Source: Candidatus Algichlamydia australiensis
Lineage (GTDB): Bacteria; Chlamydiota; Chlamydiia; Chlamydiales; JAJFMI01
Direction of reading: 5' to 3'
Assembly (NCBI GenBank): GCA_033977065.1
Contig: JAXCHI010000003.1
Coordinates: 256,001 to 320,000 of the forward strand
Length of the DNA stretch: 64,000 nucleotides
Shown here: piece by piece, positions 1-8,326 of the stretch
How the letters are laid out: every line of letters begins with the position of its first letter
How positions within the stretch are numbered: the first letter of the stretch is position 1
Made by a program: the position numbers and the translations under genes
The notes under the pieces: model-generated
Seen by the model: the letters and a program-made list of their open reading frames with translations, nothing else
Told to the model about the DNA's origin: nothing
Databases searched by the model: none

Positions 1-422
1 TGCACCTCTGGATTGAGTGGCTGCCCATCCTCACCAATAGGACCATCTTGCACTTTACCTCCCTTTAAGTCTTGCAACTCAGTATGAGCTTGATTTTGCA
101 TGCCCTGCTCAACATCAAGAGAAGCGTTTGTTCTGCTTTTGAGCTCCTCAACTGCAGCCGTATTCTGCTTATTGTGGTACCCTTTTCTAAGGTTTAGCCC
201 CCCTTCAACAAGCTGGAATCCAGCTCCAACGACTTCACCAGTCAATGCAGCGAGCCCCCCAACAAGCGACATCAAAAGAGTGCTTGATCCAAGGCCCACT
301 AAAACGTCGTTGGCTTTCATATTAAACTGATTGATCTTAGACATCGTTTGGGCCACAACAGAGAGTACATTTGCTGCTGACCCTGAAACTTCCCTTATAT
401 TGATATTTTGCTCTTGTGTCAT
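1..422 (-). CDS. Partial (runs off left edge) Gly/Ala-rich hydrophobic protein, T3SS translocator-like
   Basis: Not in the ORF track. Manual translation from ATG at 422 gives MTQEQNINIREVSGSAANVLSVVAQTMSKINQFNMKANDVLVGLGSSTLLMSLVGGLAALTGEVVGAGFQLVEGGLNLRKG..., open to base 1. Starts 8 bp after the preceding stop. Confidence 0.7.
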   Translation of the reverse strand, partial: MTQEQNINIREVSGSAANVLSVVAQTMSKINQFNMKANDVLVGLGSSTLLMSLVGGLAALTGEVVGAGFQLVEGGLNLRKGYHNKQNTAAVEELKSRTNASLDVEQGMQNQAHTELQDLKGGKVQDGPIGEDGQPLNPEV

Positions 423-430
423 AACCACAC

Positions 431-934
431 CTACCTTGCAACAGGCATCATCATCTGCGCCTGTCCCTTATCATAAATTAATTCTTGCGTCGCTCTCTGC
501 AAAGCTTGCCCAGCTTGCAGGGCGGTACTACCAGTCGAAGTGTAACCTTGGGTCTTTGTCTGAAGACTGCTGATCCGCGACTTATCTCTTGATAAGCCAA
601 GGTTTGCTACAGCGCTCCCAACTCCTGTTACACCTGATGTGATTCTTAGAGCCCCCTGAACATAGTTAAGGTTCCCCACTAATTCACTTCCCAAGTTTTT
701 CAAACTCCCACTCATCACACCACTTGTAATCGGCATAATTGTCAGGGATAGCCCTGCTAAAGCACCTGTGGCTGCTGTAAGGAGCCCTGCTGCTTTTGAC
801 CACCCTTGCTCGTTATCCATGATGCCCGACATCTGATCTGCCAAGTGACCACTGAGCTCATAGTTTGCTCCAGTCAACTCGGTGAGCATAAGGCCGGCAA
901 TGGATAGTGCTTCTGCTGCATCTGTCATACTCAT
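431..934 (-). CDS. Hydrophobic helical protein, T3SS translocator-like (about 167 aa)
   Basis: Start moved to ATG 934, which follows a strong SD (AAGGAGG). Hydrophobic AAGLLTAATGALAGLSLTIMP and GVTGVGSAVANLGL segments; no Sec signal. Confidence 0.6.
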   Translation of the reverse strand: MSMTDAAEALSIAGLMLTELTGANYELSGHLADQMSGIMDNEQGWSKAAGLLTAATGALAGLSLTIMPITSGVMSGSLKNLGSELVGNLNYVQGALRITSGVTGVGSAVANLGLSRDKSRISSLQTKTQGYTSTGSTALQAGQALQRATQELIYDKGQAQMMMPVAR

Positions 935-941
935 TCCCTCC

Positions 942-1874
942 TTATTGTACCGGTGGGATTGTGTAAAGTTGCGCAGCTGCCTGAAGTGCAGTTGAGATAA
1001 CTTGTTGATCCCCCTGGATGATTTGGTTAGGTGCACTGATCAACTGCGAGTTGATCTGCCCAATTGTATTATTGATAATTTGAGCCAAGTTGTTTAAAAA
1101 GCCATACTGCTGATTAAACCTAGCTGACTTCGTTGAAGAAATCGTACTTGCTGCCATAGTACCAACACCGATACCACCAGAAATAGCAATAGGAGCTGAT
1201 CCAAGAAGAATTTTTTTATTTAACTTCCCGCTTGGTGTGCCAATATCGCCAAATGGTGTGCTAAACAGCACGTTCTTTTTTGTGATTTCTCGATCTCCAT
1301 TAGGTGAAACAGTTTCTGTATACCTTGTCTTCTTGCTACCCTCTTCCACCATATGTGTATTTACGATAGAGCCATTCTTTTTCTTCTCTGTCTTTGTCGT
1401 TACCTCACGAGTAACCGCTCCATCTGCATCTTTAAACGTTCTAGTTGTAGTTTTTACACCATCTTTTGCAACACTTTCTACGACCTCTTCTGCTGCCTCT
1501 GTCGCTGCAAAGTCCACCATCTCTGTCCCAGCCTCACCAGCAATATCTGCACCAAATAAGAGTGTATCTAAAGCACCAGCTGCGACTTCCATCTCTGGAC
1601 CTAGCACGAAAGAGAGAGCTAAACCTACACCTGCAATCGCAACAGCTGCTGCAATTCCGGCAATTAATCCACCTTTTCCACCACTTGTGTCCGTATCAAG
1701 ACCACCAAGTTTTTCAGAAACAACCGTTAGGTTTTTATTCTGGTTGCCCAATTGATGAGAACCAAGATTCATCGTCTGCATCTGCTGCACTTCGTTTTTT
1801 CCCATCGTCGAAAATATAATATCCATTATATTTCCACCGAACTTACTATTTGCTGGGTTATTACTTGCTGACAT
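942..1874 (-). CDS. T3SS translocator-like protein with two Gly/Ala-rich hydrophobic segments
   Basis: S/N-rich N-terminus; GGLIAGIAAAVAIAGVGLALSFVLG and ILLGSAPIAISGGIGVGTMAA segments; Q/N-rich amphipathic C-terminal helix. Confidence 0.6.
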   Translation of the reverse strand: MSASNNPANSKFGGNIMDIIFSTMGKNEVQQMQTMNLGSHQLGNQNKNLTVVSEKLGGLDTDTSGGKGGLIAGIAAAVAIAGVGLALSFVLGPEMEVAAGALDTLLFGADIAGEAGTEMVDFAATEAAEEVVESVAKDGVKTTTRTFKDADGAVTREVTTKTEKKKNGSIVNTHMVEEGSKKTRYTETVSPNGDREITKKNVLFSTPFGDIGTPSGKLNKKILLGSAPIAISGGIGVGTMAASTISSTKSARFNQQYGFLNNLAQIINNTIGQINSQLISAPNQIIQGDQQVISTALQAAAQLYTIPPVQ

Positions 1875-1901
1875 ATTTATCCTTTTTATTATTAATTTTT
1901 A

Positions 1902-2975
1902 TTATACTCTCTGGTTACTCACAGAGTTCATGTTTGCTTTTGTAGCATCCTGAAGAATTGTCTGTGCAACCGAGTTATAGTTGGAAATTTCCTGCGTTGT
2001 CTTTTGAATCTCATTTGTTAACAAAGTCGATTCATTGTTCACCTGCGTTAAGGCACCATTTGCCGCATCTACCGCACCGTCTAAGGTTGATCCACCACCA
2101 TTTTGTAAAGAGTTTCCATAATCGTAGATAAAGCCCCATGTACCATCGCCATACCCTGTCATCTCATCCCAAAGAGTAGAGCCATCACCGTCGTTATTTT
2201 GATAGTCGTATAGAATCGACTCGTTCATCGAAACTTGTGTATCACCATCTTTAGAAAACGATTCAAAAAGCTCATCCAAAGAGGTCATAACCGGATCAAT
2301 CTGATTTGTATACATTGACTCTGTGGTCATGTATCCGTTTTCGTTTGTGAAAGTCACGTTAACATCAACCGTTCCACCGGTATAACTCGCCATATCGACA
2401 GCATAAATTCCGTTGGTCATCATATAAAGACCCGCATCGGAAACATTTGTGTCCGAATTAATCACGCCATCTTGGTTTACTGTATGACCATTAACTTCAA
2501 ATGATTGATCTGTAAACTCTTCTGTTGACCACGTACCGTTCGGCCAAAGGTAGTATGTCGTTCCTTCCCACGTGATGTTCATCTGTCCCCAGGTATAATC
2601 TGAGTTAGGATCAGAGACGAAAAGGCTCGTATACGCCTGCTCAAGCTGCTGCGCATCATCTTGCGTAAAGGCATCGGTATTTACGGAAACATCACCATCA
2701 CTATTAATCGAAACAGCACCCTCTGCGTTTGTAAGCTCATCATCGATTGTTGTAATGTCGTTAGACATTAAAGAATCTGCTCCCGAAATCTGCGAAGTAT
2801 CATTCAACTGCAAATCACAATAAGCCATAAGAAGTAGCATGAAGCCAAGAATAATCAACTGAAAAGGCACTTCTTCCACAGTAGCGTCAAAAAGCCAAGA
2901 GTATTGGTTTTCAATGCTACTCATCGGTGTTACAGGATTGTAACCATTAGGTGTGTTATCTGTTGCTGTACTCAT
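1902..2975 (-). CDS. Acidic secreted-type protein with EspA/Bsp22-like C-terminal helix (putative T3SS tip/filament protein)
   Basis: Very D/E/N/T-rich and K/R-poor. C-terminus ALTQVNNESTLLTNEIQKTTQEISNYNSVAQTILQDATKANMNSVSNQRV is a long amphipathic helix resembling needle/filament subunit ends. Confidence 0.5.
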   Translation of the reverse strand: MSTATDNTPNGYNPVTPMSSIENQYSWLFDATVEEVPFQLIILGFMLLLMAYCDLQLNDTSQISGADSLMSNDITTIDDELTNAEGAVSINSDGDVSVNTDAFTQDDAQQLEQAYTSLFVSDPNSDYTWGQMNITWEGTTYYLWPNGTWSTEEFTDQSFEVNGHTVNQDGVINSDTNVSDAGLYMMTNGIYAVDMASYTGGTVDVNVTFTNENGYMTTESMYTNQIDPVMTSLDELFESFSKDGDTQVSMNESILYDYQNNDGDGSTLWDEMTGYGDGTWGFIYDYGNSLQNGGGSTLDGAVDAANGALTQVNNESTLLTNEIQKTTQEISNYNSVAQTILQDATKANMNSVSNQRV

Positions 2976-3013
2976 ATATTTATTATTTATTCTATATTAA
3001 TTTATTAACTTTT

Positions 3014-3173
3014 GAACCTATCCAACTAAAGCTGCTTTTGAAATTTTTTCTCAGTTTTGAGAAGGATTTTGGGATCTTTTTGAAAACAACTTAATTAAGT
3101 TGTTTGAAAAAATAGCTCAAAATCCAGCCAAAAATGTGGAAAAAGGCAAAAGCATGTTTAGTTGGATAGGTTC
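3014..3173. repeat. 160-bp palindromic (MITE/RPE-like) element, family B
   Basis: Perfect 17-bp terminal inverted repeat GAACCTATCCAACTAAA (3014-3030) / TTTAGTTGGATAGGTTC (3157-3173); central perfect palindrome AAACAACTTAATTAAGTTGTTT (3084-3105). Confidence 0.8.
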
Positions 3174-3830
3174 TTATCCTTCATCAGCAATATTCATTAA
3201 AGCACTGCTCTCTGAGCTAAACGTACCAATTAATTGCTGGACAAGTTGTAACATCTCTTTTCCTGCATTCTCCTCAATCTGCGCGCTATAGCAAGCGGAA
3301 GAGTATGCCGTTTCTCCTGCGGATGAAGTTGCGAAATTCTCCATCTCCATTTTGTAGTAAGAGCCTTCTGTGTCCTTGAACTCTTCAACTCCGTTAACAA
3401 AAGCATTCTTTACATCTTGCTGGGAAGGGTTATCTCCATAAGCTATCTCAAAACCTGCACTACTTTTACCCTCATAGAGGGCTCCTTTTATGAACTCTTC
3501 CGTGTAATTATTAGGATCAAGATCATCATTCATTGTGCTAGTAATCACACTATTCGTACCCTCTTTGCGATATTGGCCGTTTAGCTGCTCCATAGAGCTC
3601 CAGCTATCGCACATCAGATAGGTTTCCCCCTGAGTGTAGAGAGCCATCCCCTGCTCAATGAGCTTTTTAAGGAAGTCTTCCATATTCTTCCCGGCGCCCA
3701 TCATTCCCATGAAAGCGGCTGCTACCATCATCATTGGACTTCCCTTTGATAACATGTCATCAAAAGTATTCCCCTGAGAGGAGCTTACGCTCTGAACTGA
3801 TTGACTGTCAGTAGTTTGTGCTGTAGCCAT
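3174..3830 (-). CDS. Hypothetical secreted-type protein, first gene of the translocator-like cluster
   Basis: S/T/Q-rich N-terminus (MATAQTTDSQSVQSVSSSQ) typical of T3SS substrates; Met-rich hydrophobic patch; amphipathic C-terminal helix. Confidence 0.6.
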   Translation of the reverse strand: MATAQTTDSQSVQSVSSSQGNTFDDMLSKGSPMMMVAAAFMGMMGAGKNMEDFLKKLIEQGMALYTQGETYLMCDSWSSMEQLNGQYRKEGTNSVITSTMNDDLDPNNYTEEFIKGALYEGKSSAGFEIAYGDNPSQQDVKNAFVNGVEEFKDTEGSYYKMEMENFATSSAGETAYSSACYSAQIEENAGKEMLQLVQQLIGTFSSESSALMNIADEG

Positions 3831-3914
3831 CTTGTTATTCCTATTATCTTTTAGCTTAACTATTTATGAGAGTTTCGCATTAAGGCTCATACCCTCTAGA
3901 TTGATAATAGCATA

Positions 3915-3949
3915 TTTGCAATATATTAATAAAGTTTTTGCAATATATT
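3915..3949. promoter_or_regulatory. Tandem 13-bp direct repeat upstream of the translocator-like cluster
   Basis: TTTGCAATATATT at 3915-3927 and 3937-3949 (22-bp period), next to an extended -10-like TGcTATTAT on the minus strand (3912-3904). Confidence 0.4.
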
Positions 3950-4036
3950 TATAATAAAAATTTTTTAAATACTAATTATAAACAACTTAAGAATAAAAAT
4001 AATTATAAGACATTAAGGTAGAGTGGCTTAGGAAAA

Positions 4037-4216
4037 TACTACGGGGGCTCAGCCTTATTCTCGTCAACCTAATGACCAGGTGGGTCCCCTTCCTAAGGGA
4101 GCTAAAGTCCCAAAACGAAGCCAATTCTTCGAACCAGCTACTGCTTAGAGTTAGGGTCCCTTATGCTTAATTGTAGTTGAGGAGGAATTCTAAAAGTCCG
4201 AGTTATCCCCGTAGTA
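4037..4216 (-). ncRNA. ssrS: Probable 6S RNA
   Basis: 180-nt GC-elevated long hairpin. Closing stem TACTACGGGG/CCCCGTAGTA, then TCAAC/GTTGA, a central bubble (ACAATTAAGCATA opposite CCACCTGGTCAT), and GGGACCC...GGGGACCC, CTAAG/CTTAG and AGCT/AGCT stems. Upstream minus-strand TTGGAT-16-TATAGT promoter-like motif. Confidence 0.65.
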
Positions 4217-4324
4217 CCCTTCACTATATATTAAGGAGATATTAATCCAAAGGCTCTGATTTTCAAAAAATTATTACAATTTTACCACTTGCCAATTTTT
4301 AAGTAATCTGTTACAAATTGAGAT

Positions 4325-5470
4325 GTGAAAAAACTACCGCAAAACCCATTTAAGTTCGGAGACCCTGTTGAGGGCGACTTTTATCTTCCTCGACCTGAAC
4401 TATTTAGCACGGTTAAACAATTCTTAGAAAACCGCATTCACGTTGTGTTGATGGGTCCTAGGCGTTTTGGAAAAACTTCATTCACTCTCAATTTACTCCA
4501 TACTCTAGAAAAAGAGGGTTACACTTGCCTTTTTGTGGATATCTTTAACATCACCTCCCATAAAGATTTTCTCCACCAATTGCTTCGCGCAATCCGATTA
4601 AAAAGCTCTTTTAAGGATAAATTAAAAAATTGGTGGAAAAAAGTGGGACAACTGGTCCCTAAGATCGTTGCAAATATTGACTCTTTTTCAGGTAGTCCCA
4701 ACATCGAGTTTTCTCTCAGCTTACTTACCGAAGAAGACGTTAAAACAGCTATACAAGATCTTCTAGAGGGGCTTGAGGGACTTGGAAAAAAAGTAATCAT
4801 TACTTTAGATGAATTTCAAAAAATTTCAGAAATACATGATAAAGGATGGTTAGAAGCAACCCTGCGTACACACTTTCAGCGACTGAAAAACGTCTCATTT
4901 CTATTCACAGGTTCAAGAAAAAGTCTCATTTCAGAGATGCTCAATGACCCATCACGCCCCTTCTACCGCTCCTGCCAAACCATTGAATTCCCCGCGTTTG
5001 GTTCTGAATTTACTGACTGGGTGATTAAGCGGTTTGCCACAATTGGAATTCAATGTGAAAAAGAAGCAATTATACGTCTTCGTCAATTAGTGCAAGATAC
5101 CCCCAACTACGTGCAAATGGTCTGTTTTCACTTAGTTGCAGCTGCTCTCCCCAAAATAGAGCAACATAACGTAGAAGAAGTTTTAGAAACTGTGACAAGG
5201 CAAAATGCTTATGCCTATCAAACGCTTTTGAACTCTTTAACACATGCGCAGCAGCGCTCTCTACGACTTGCCGCCAATGAAAAAGAATCTCTCTTTCAAA
5301 AAGAAAACCTTACAAAATATGAAATTGTAAGTAGTGCAGCTCTCCACTCTTCACTAAAAGCTTTAAAAACGAAGGGAATTTTGGATGAAGAGAGCTCAGG
5401 CAAGGGCAATGTTCTTTTCGATGACCCACTATTTGCTTACTGGTTAAGAATTTATTTAGGGAGGGACTGA
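4325..5470 (+). CDS. AAA+ ATPase (archaeal-ATPase/ATPase_2 type) with C-terminal winged helix
   Basis: NPFxxG..V N-terminus, Walker A GPRRFGKTS, Walker B ITLDEFQ, FTGS motif, RPFY, C-terminal FDDPLFAYW. Confidence 0.85.
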   Translation: MKKLPQNPFKFGDPVEGDFYLPRPELFSTVKQFLENRIHVVLMGPRRFGKTSFTLNLLHTLEKEGYTCLFVDIFNITSHKDFLHQLLRAIRLKSSFKDKLKNWWKKVGQLVPKIVANIDSFSGSPNIEFSLSLLTEEDVKTAIQDLLEGLEGLGKKVIITLDEFQKISEIHDKGWLEATLRTHFQRLKNVSFLFTGSRKSLISEMLNDPSRPFYRSCQTIEFPAFGSEFTDWVIKRFATIGIQCEKEAIIRLRQLVQDTPNYVQMVCFHLVAAALPKIEQHNVEEVLETVTRQNAYAYQTLLNSLTHAQQRSLRLAANEKESLFQKENLTKYEIVSSAALHSSLKALKTKGILDEESSGKGNVLFDDPLFAYWLRIYLGRD

Positions 5471-5621
5471 ATCACTGCTCCTTTAGATAAGATTTTGAAA
5501 ATTGAGGCAAAATTGGTTTTGGAGAACAGGGCTAACTCTATAAGAGTTAGCAAGTTCGAAAAACCGATTTGAATCGATTTTCGAAGGCTTATCGAAAGGT
5601 CTGAGTTGTTCAGGGTCCCCT
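5458..5621. repeat. About 165-bp palindromic element, family A copy 1
   Basis: Ends ...ACTGAATCACT / ...CTGAGTTGTTCAG; central GCTAACTCT-ATA-AGAGTTAGC; clearly homologous to 21712-21880 and 8214-8326. Contains the ATPase stop codon. Confidence 0.8.
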
Positions 5622-5949
5622 TCACTCGCGATCTTCGATGTTAAAGATATCTTTCATCGTCTGGGAGGAGACTTCACGACCTTCAACGGCAATCGATTCT
5701 GTAAGAGGAATTTTTTTAGGACAGACTTGAACACAATTTTGTGCATTGCCGCACTCGCTTATGCCCCCCTCACCCATCAAGCTCTTAAGTCGCTCGCGCT
5801 TCGTGCCTTGACCATTGGGATTGAGGTTAAAAAGACGCACCTGTGAAATAGGAGCTGGTCCAATAAACTTGGACTGATCGTTGGTTTGTGGATACGCCTC
5901 TGAGCAGCAGCCACAGGTCATGCAGGTAGAGAGGACATACATCGTCTCC
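5622..5949 (-). pseudogene. sdhB: Displaced duplicate 3' fragment of sdhB
   Basis: About 328 bp matching 8327-8654 with about 26 mismatches by manual count; lacks the N-terminal 2Fe-2S half; CxxCxxCxxxC ligand changed (EACP to EAYP). Confidence 0.9.
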
Positions 5950-5961
5950 ATCGCACGCTTG

Positions 5962-5983
5962 TGATCTACCCCCAATTTTCGTC
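5962..5983. mobile_element. Isolated IS3-family-like terminal inverted repeat
   Basis: TGATCTACCCCCAATTTTCGTC resembles the IS end TGACTTGCCACCAATTTTCGTC at 7674, in the same orientation; 12 bp from the sdhB-fragment breakpoint. Confidence 0.55.
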
Positions 5984-6251
5984 GTCCCATTACCTGCCTT
6001 CCTCTACTTTACCCGAGGCGTTCTTTTCTTCTAAAGGCATCTGCCTGATTTTTGAGGTTCACTTTATACAAAAAACGCAGGAAAATAGAAACGCAATTTG
6101 CTTGCTTGAAAACACGAGGATTTCGAACAGATTTTGGCGATACAGGTTTATTTATTTGTTTTTAATATATTAAATTTTGTTTTAAAATATTTTTTAATGT
6201 AAAAAGTATTTATATATAAATAAACAAGATCTATGATATTATTTAACAATA

Positions 6252-7382
6252 ATGGAACCGAGTAAAGTAGCCCACCCCTATTCCTATTATGAGCCTATGG
6301 CCATTCCCCCCATTCAATTCACTTTTGAAATGGGCCTAAAAGACGACTATCTAGCTGAAGTTAAAGGGCATATCATCGCCGACCAAAATAGACTAATAAA
6401 CCTTTACTCAAACCAACACGATCGCATAGAAACCATAGAAATAGAAAAAGCAGGAGAAGAAACCCACTTTAAAGGGAAAGTAGCTCTATTTCTTAAAATC
6501 ACAACATTTCAAAATAAGACTATTCGTTTGGTCTATAAACCTCGTAAATTAGACCCAGAAAAGCACCTAGAAGATTGTATAGAAGAGTTAACAGGTAGGA
6601 GCAAAAGACGAATGCTCCTTTGCGATACCTATGGGTATGACTTTTTTATAGAGGGCACATCTCTAAAGGGTCTATCAGGAAAACTATTATGTAAAAGATT
6701 AATCGAATTATGCGAATTAAATGATATAAATAAAAAAACAATAAGTATATTGCACAAAATTGGATTCGAAGATACTCACGGAGAAAATTTTATAGTAACC
6801 GAAGACAATAATCTGTATCTATATTTTATAGATGCAGAAGTTTATCAAACAAAAACGTCTGTTAATATAGAAAGTGTCTACCAAGAGCTCGAAGAGCAAG
6901 GTTGCTTTGCACAAGAAGACGAAAATACAAAAGAAAGAATTGAACATTACCGAAACCTTGTCAAAACCACTCCCACTCGACTTATACTTTGTAATACTCA
7001 AACATACCAACTTTTCTACATTACAAAAAAGTTCAATAAACCCTTTAATTTCAAAAATCTATCAGTAAAAGAAGTGCTAATTCAAGGTGGTTCTACTCTT
7101 TTGGAGCACCACACTGCTAGACTAGCACAATTCTTGTATATAAATGGTTTTATCGAGCTTGAAAACGGTATGAGTTTCAGTGAAATCTCAAAAGTAGTTT
7201 CTAATTCTTTTGAAGATGAAAATGCAATCGATTTGATAGAAAAAGAATTAGATGCATCAAGAGAAGTAAAATCAGATGTCCCAGTTTTTTATTTTCACCT
7301 AATTGACTGTTTGGTAGAATGTCCAATCACAGGTAGGAAACTACCCTTGAAAAAAAGAGAGGAAACGAGCGATGCAAATTAA
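6252..7382 (+). CDS. Stand-alone LanM-type (class II lanthipeptide synthetase) dehydratase/kinase domain protein, DUF4135-like
   Basis: Motifs in LanM order: GEETHFKG, LVYKPR, DTHGEN, IDAE, RLILCNTQTY, DVPVF. No C-terminal LanC cyclase domain. AT-rich. Confidence 0.75.
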   Translation: MEPSKVAHPYSYYEPMAIPPIQFTFEMGLKDDYLAEVKGHIIADQNRLINLYSNQHDRIETIEIEKAGEETHFKGKVALFLKITTFQNKTIRLVYKPRKLDPEKHLEDCIEELTGRSKRRMLLCDTYGYDFFIEGTSLKGLSGKLLCKRLIELCELNDINKKTISILHKIGFEDTHGENFIVTEDNNLYLYFIDAEVYQTKTSVNIESVYQELEEQGCFAQEDENTKERIEHYRNLVKTTPTRLILCNTQTYQLFYITKKFNKPFNFKNLSVKEVLIQGGSTLLEHHTARLAQFLYINGFIELENGMSFSEISKVVSNSFEDENAIDLIEKELDASREVKSDVPVFYFHLIDCLVECPITGRKLPLKKREETSDAN

Positions 7383-7662
7383 ATCAGAAGATGCAGCTTA
7401 TAACGGATCAACAAACCTTTATACCCAGGGTTTCGAGTCTGAAGTAAATGGAATATTACTAGAGTTGTTCAATAAAAATGATGTTGAGAGTCTCTCAACT
7501 TACAGAAAAAAAATAGAAAACATTTACACTCAATACTGCAAAGACACAGAAGATCAAAAACACCGCGAAGAGATACAAAAAGACCTTAGCGCATACAAAG
7601 TTACAGCCTTAACAAACCTAGAGAATTTTATAGAGTGTATACGAGCTCAAACTACTAATTGA
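7372..7662 (+). CDS. Small helical hypothetical protein overlapping the LanM-like gene
   Basis: 96-aa ORF with 11-bp overlap and upstream GAGG; same AT-rich composition. Confidence 0.6.
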   Translation: MQIKSEDAAYNGSTNLYTQGFESEVNGILLELFNKNDVESLSTYRKKIENIYTQYCKDTEDQKHREEIQKDLSAYKVTALTNLENFIECIRAQTTN

Positions 7663-7673
7663 GGGTTTACCAT

Positions 7674-8190
7674 TGACTTGCCACCAATTTTCGTCCAAAT
7701 ATAGCTAGATTTTCCTTCTTTTTTGCTCTTAAATACTCTTTTGGTGCCAGGTATCCTGACGAGCTATGTGGTCTCTGATTATTGTAATCATATCTCTATT
7801 CTTCAATGATTTTTGCAGCTTTTGATATATTTTGAAACCAGTTTTGGTTCAGGCACTCTCTCTAAATTTCCCATTAAAGCTTTCTATATATCCATTTTCT
7901 GTTGGTTTTCCTGGTGTTATGTAATCTAAATGCACTCCTTTTTCTTGAGCCCATTTTCTAATTGCTTTCGAGGTTTATTCAGGACCATTATCCACGATGA
8001 TTACTTCTTGTAGCCCTCTTTCTTCTGTTAATCTCTCCAGTTCCTCAATCACTTCCTGTGAGGGTAGTGTTCTCCCTACTTTAACCCCTACAATCTCTCT
8101 AGAAAAAATATCTATTACATTCAGCAGCCTCTCACTCAAGTCATACTGCGAACTTAAATAACTCACAGCTTTTTTTGCTTGTGGTGAGCT
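7674..8190 (-). mobile_element. Degenerate IS3-family (IS407-group-like) element remnant
   Basis: Minus strand encodes OrfB N-terminus KKAVSYLSSQYDLSER fused by deletion to integrase core LLNVIDIFSRE...IIVDNGPE(stop), then PGKPTENGYIESFNG and YNNQRPHSS. Terminal IR ending ...GGTGGCAAGTCA at 7674. Confidence 0.85.
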
Positions 8191-8213
8191 TGCCCACCCC
8201 CTTTTATTGTGAC

Positions 8214-8326
8214 AAAATCAATTTTGAAAGACAAATCTAACTCATTAACAGTTAGCGAATTTGAAAAATTGAGTTTGACCAATTTTCAGGTCCTTATTGG
8301 AAACTCTGAGTTGTTCAGAGTCCCCT
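8214..8326. repeat. Family A palindromic element copy 2, left-truncated
   Basis: CTAACTCATTAACAGTTAGC centre and CTGAGTTGTTCAGAGTCCCCT right end, abutting the sdhB stop exactly as copy 1 abuts the sdhB fragment. Confidence 0.75.

Noticed and set aside
935..1036. Longer start of the 431 ORF as given in the track
   Set aside because: Overlaps the upstream gene by about 95 bp; a strong SD supports ATG 934.
5622..5990. Functional short ferredoxin (122-aa ORF in the track)
   Set aside because: Its first residues come from the IS-end sequence, and a 4Fe-4S cysteine is mutated to Tyr; treated as an sdhB fragment.
7372..7662. LanA precursor peptide for the LanM-like enzyme
   Set aside because: No double-glycine or other recognisable leader and no Ser/Thr/Cys-rich core; it looks like a charged helical protein. 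Not excluded as a substrate.
5950..8326. Integrase-driven genomic island or intact composite transposon
   Set aside because: No integrase is present, the IS3 transposase has a deletion and stops, and the two IS-like ends are in direct rather than inverted orientation.
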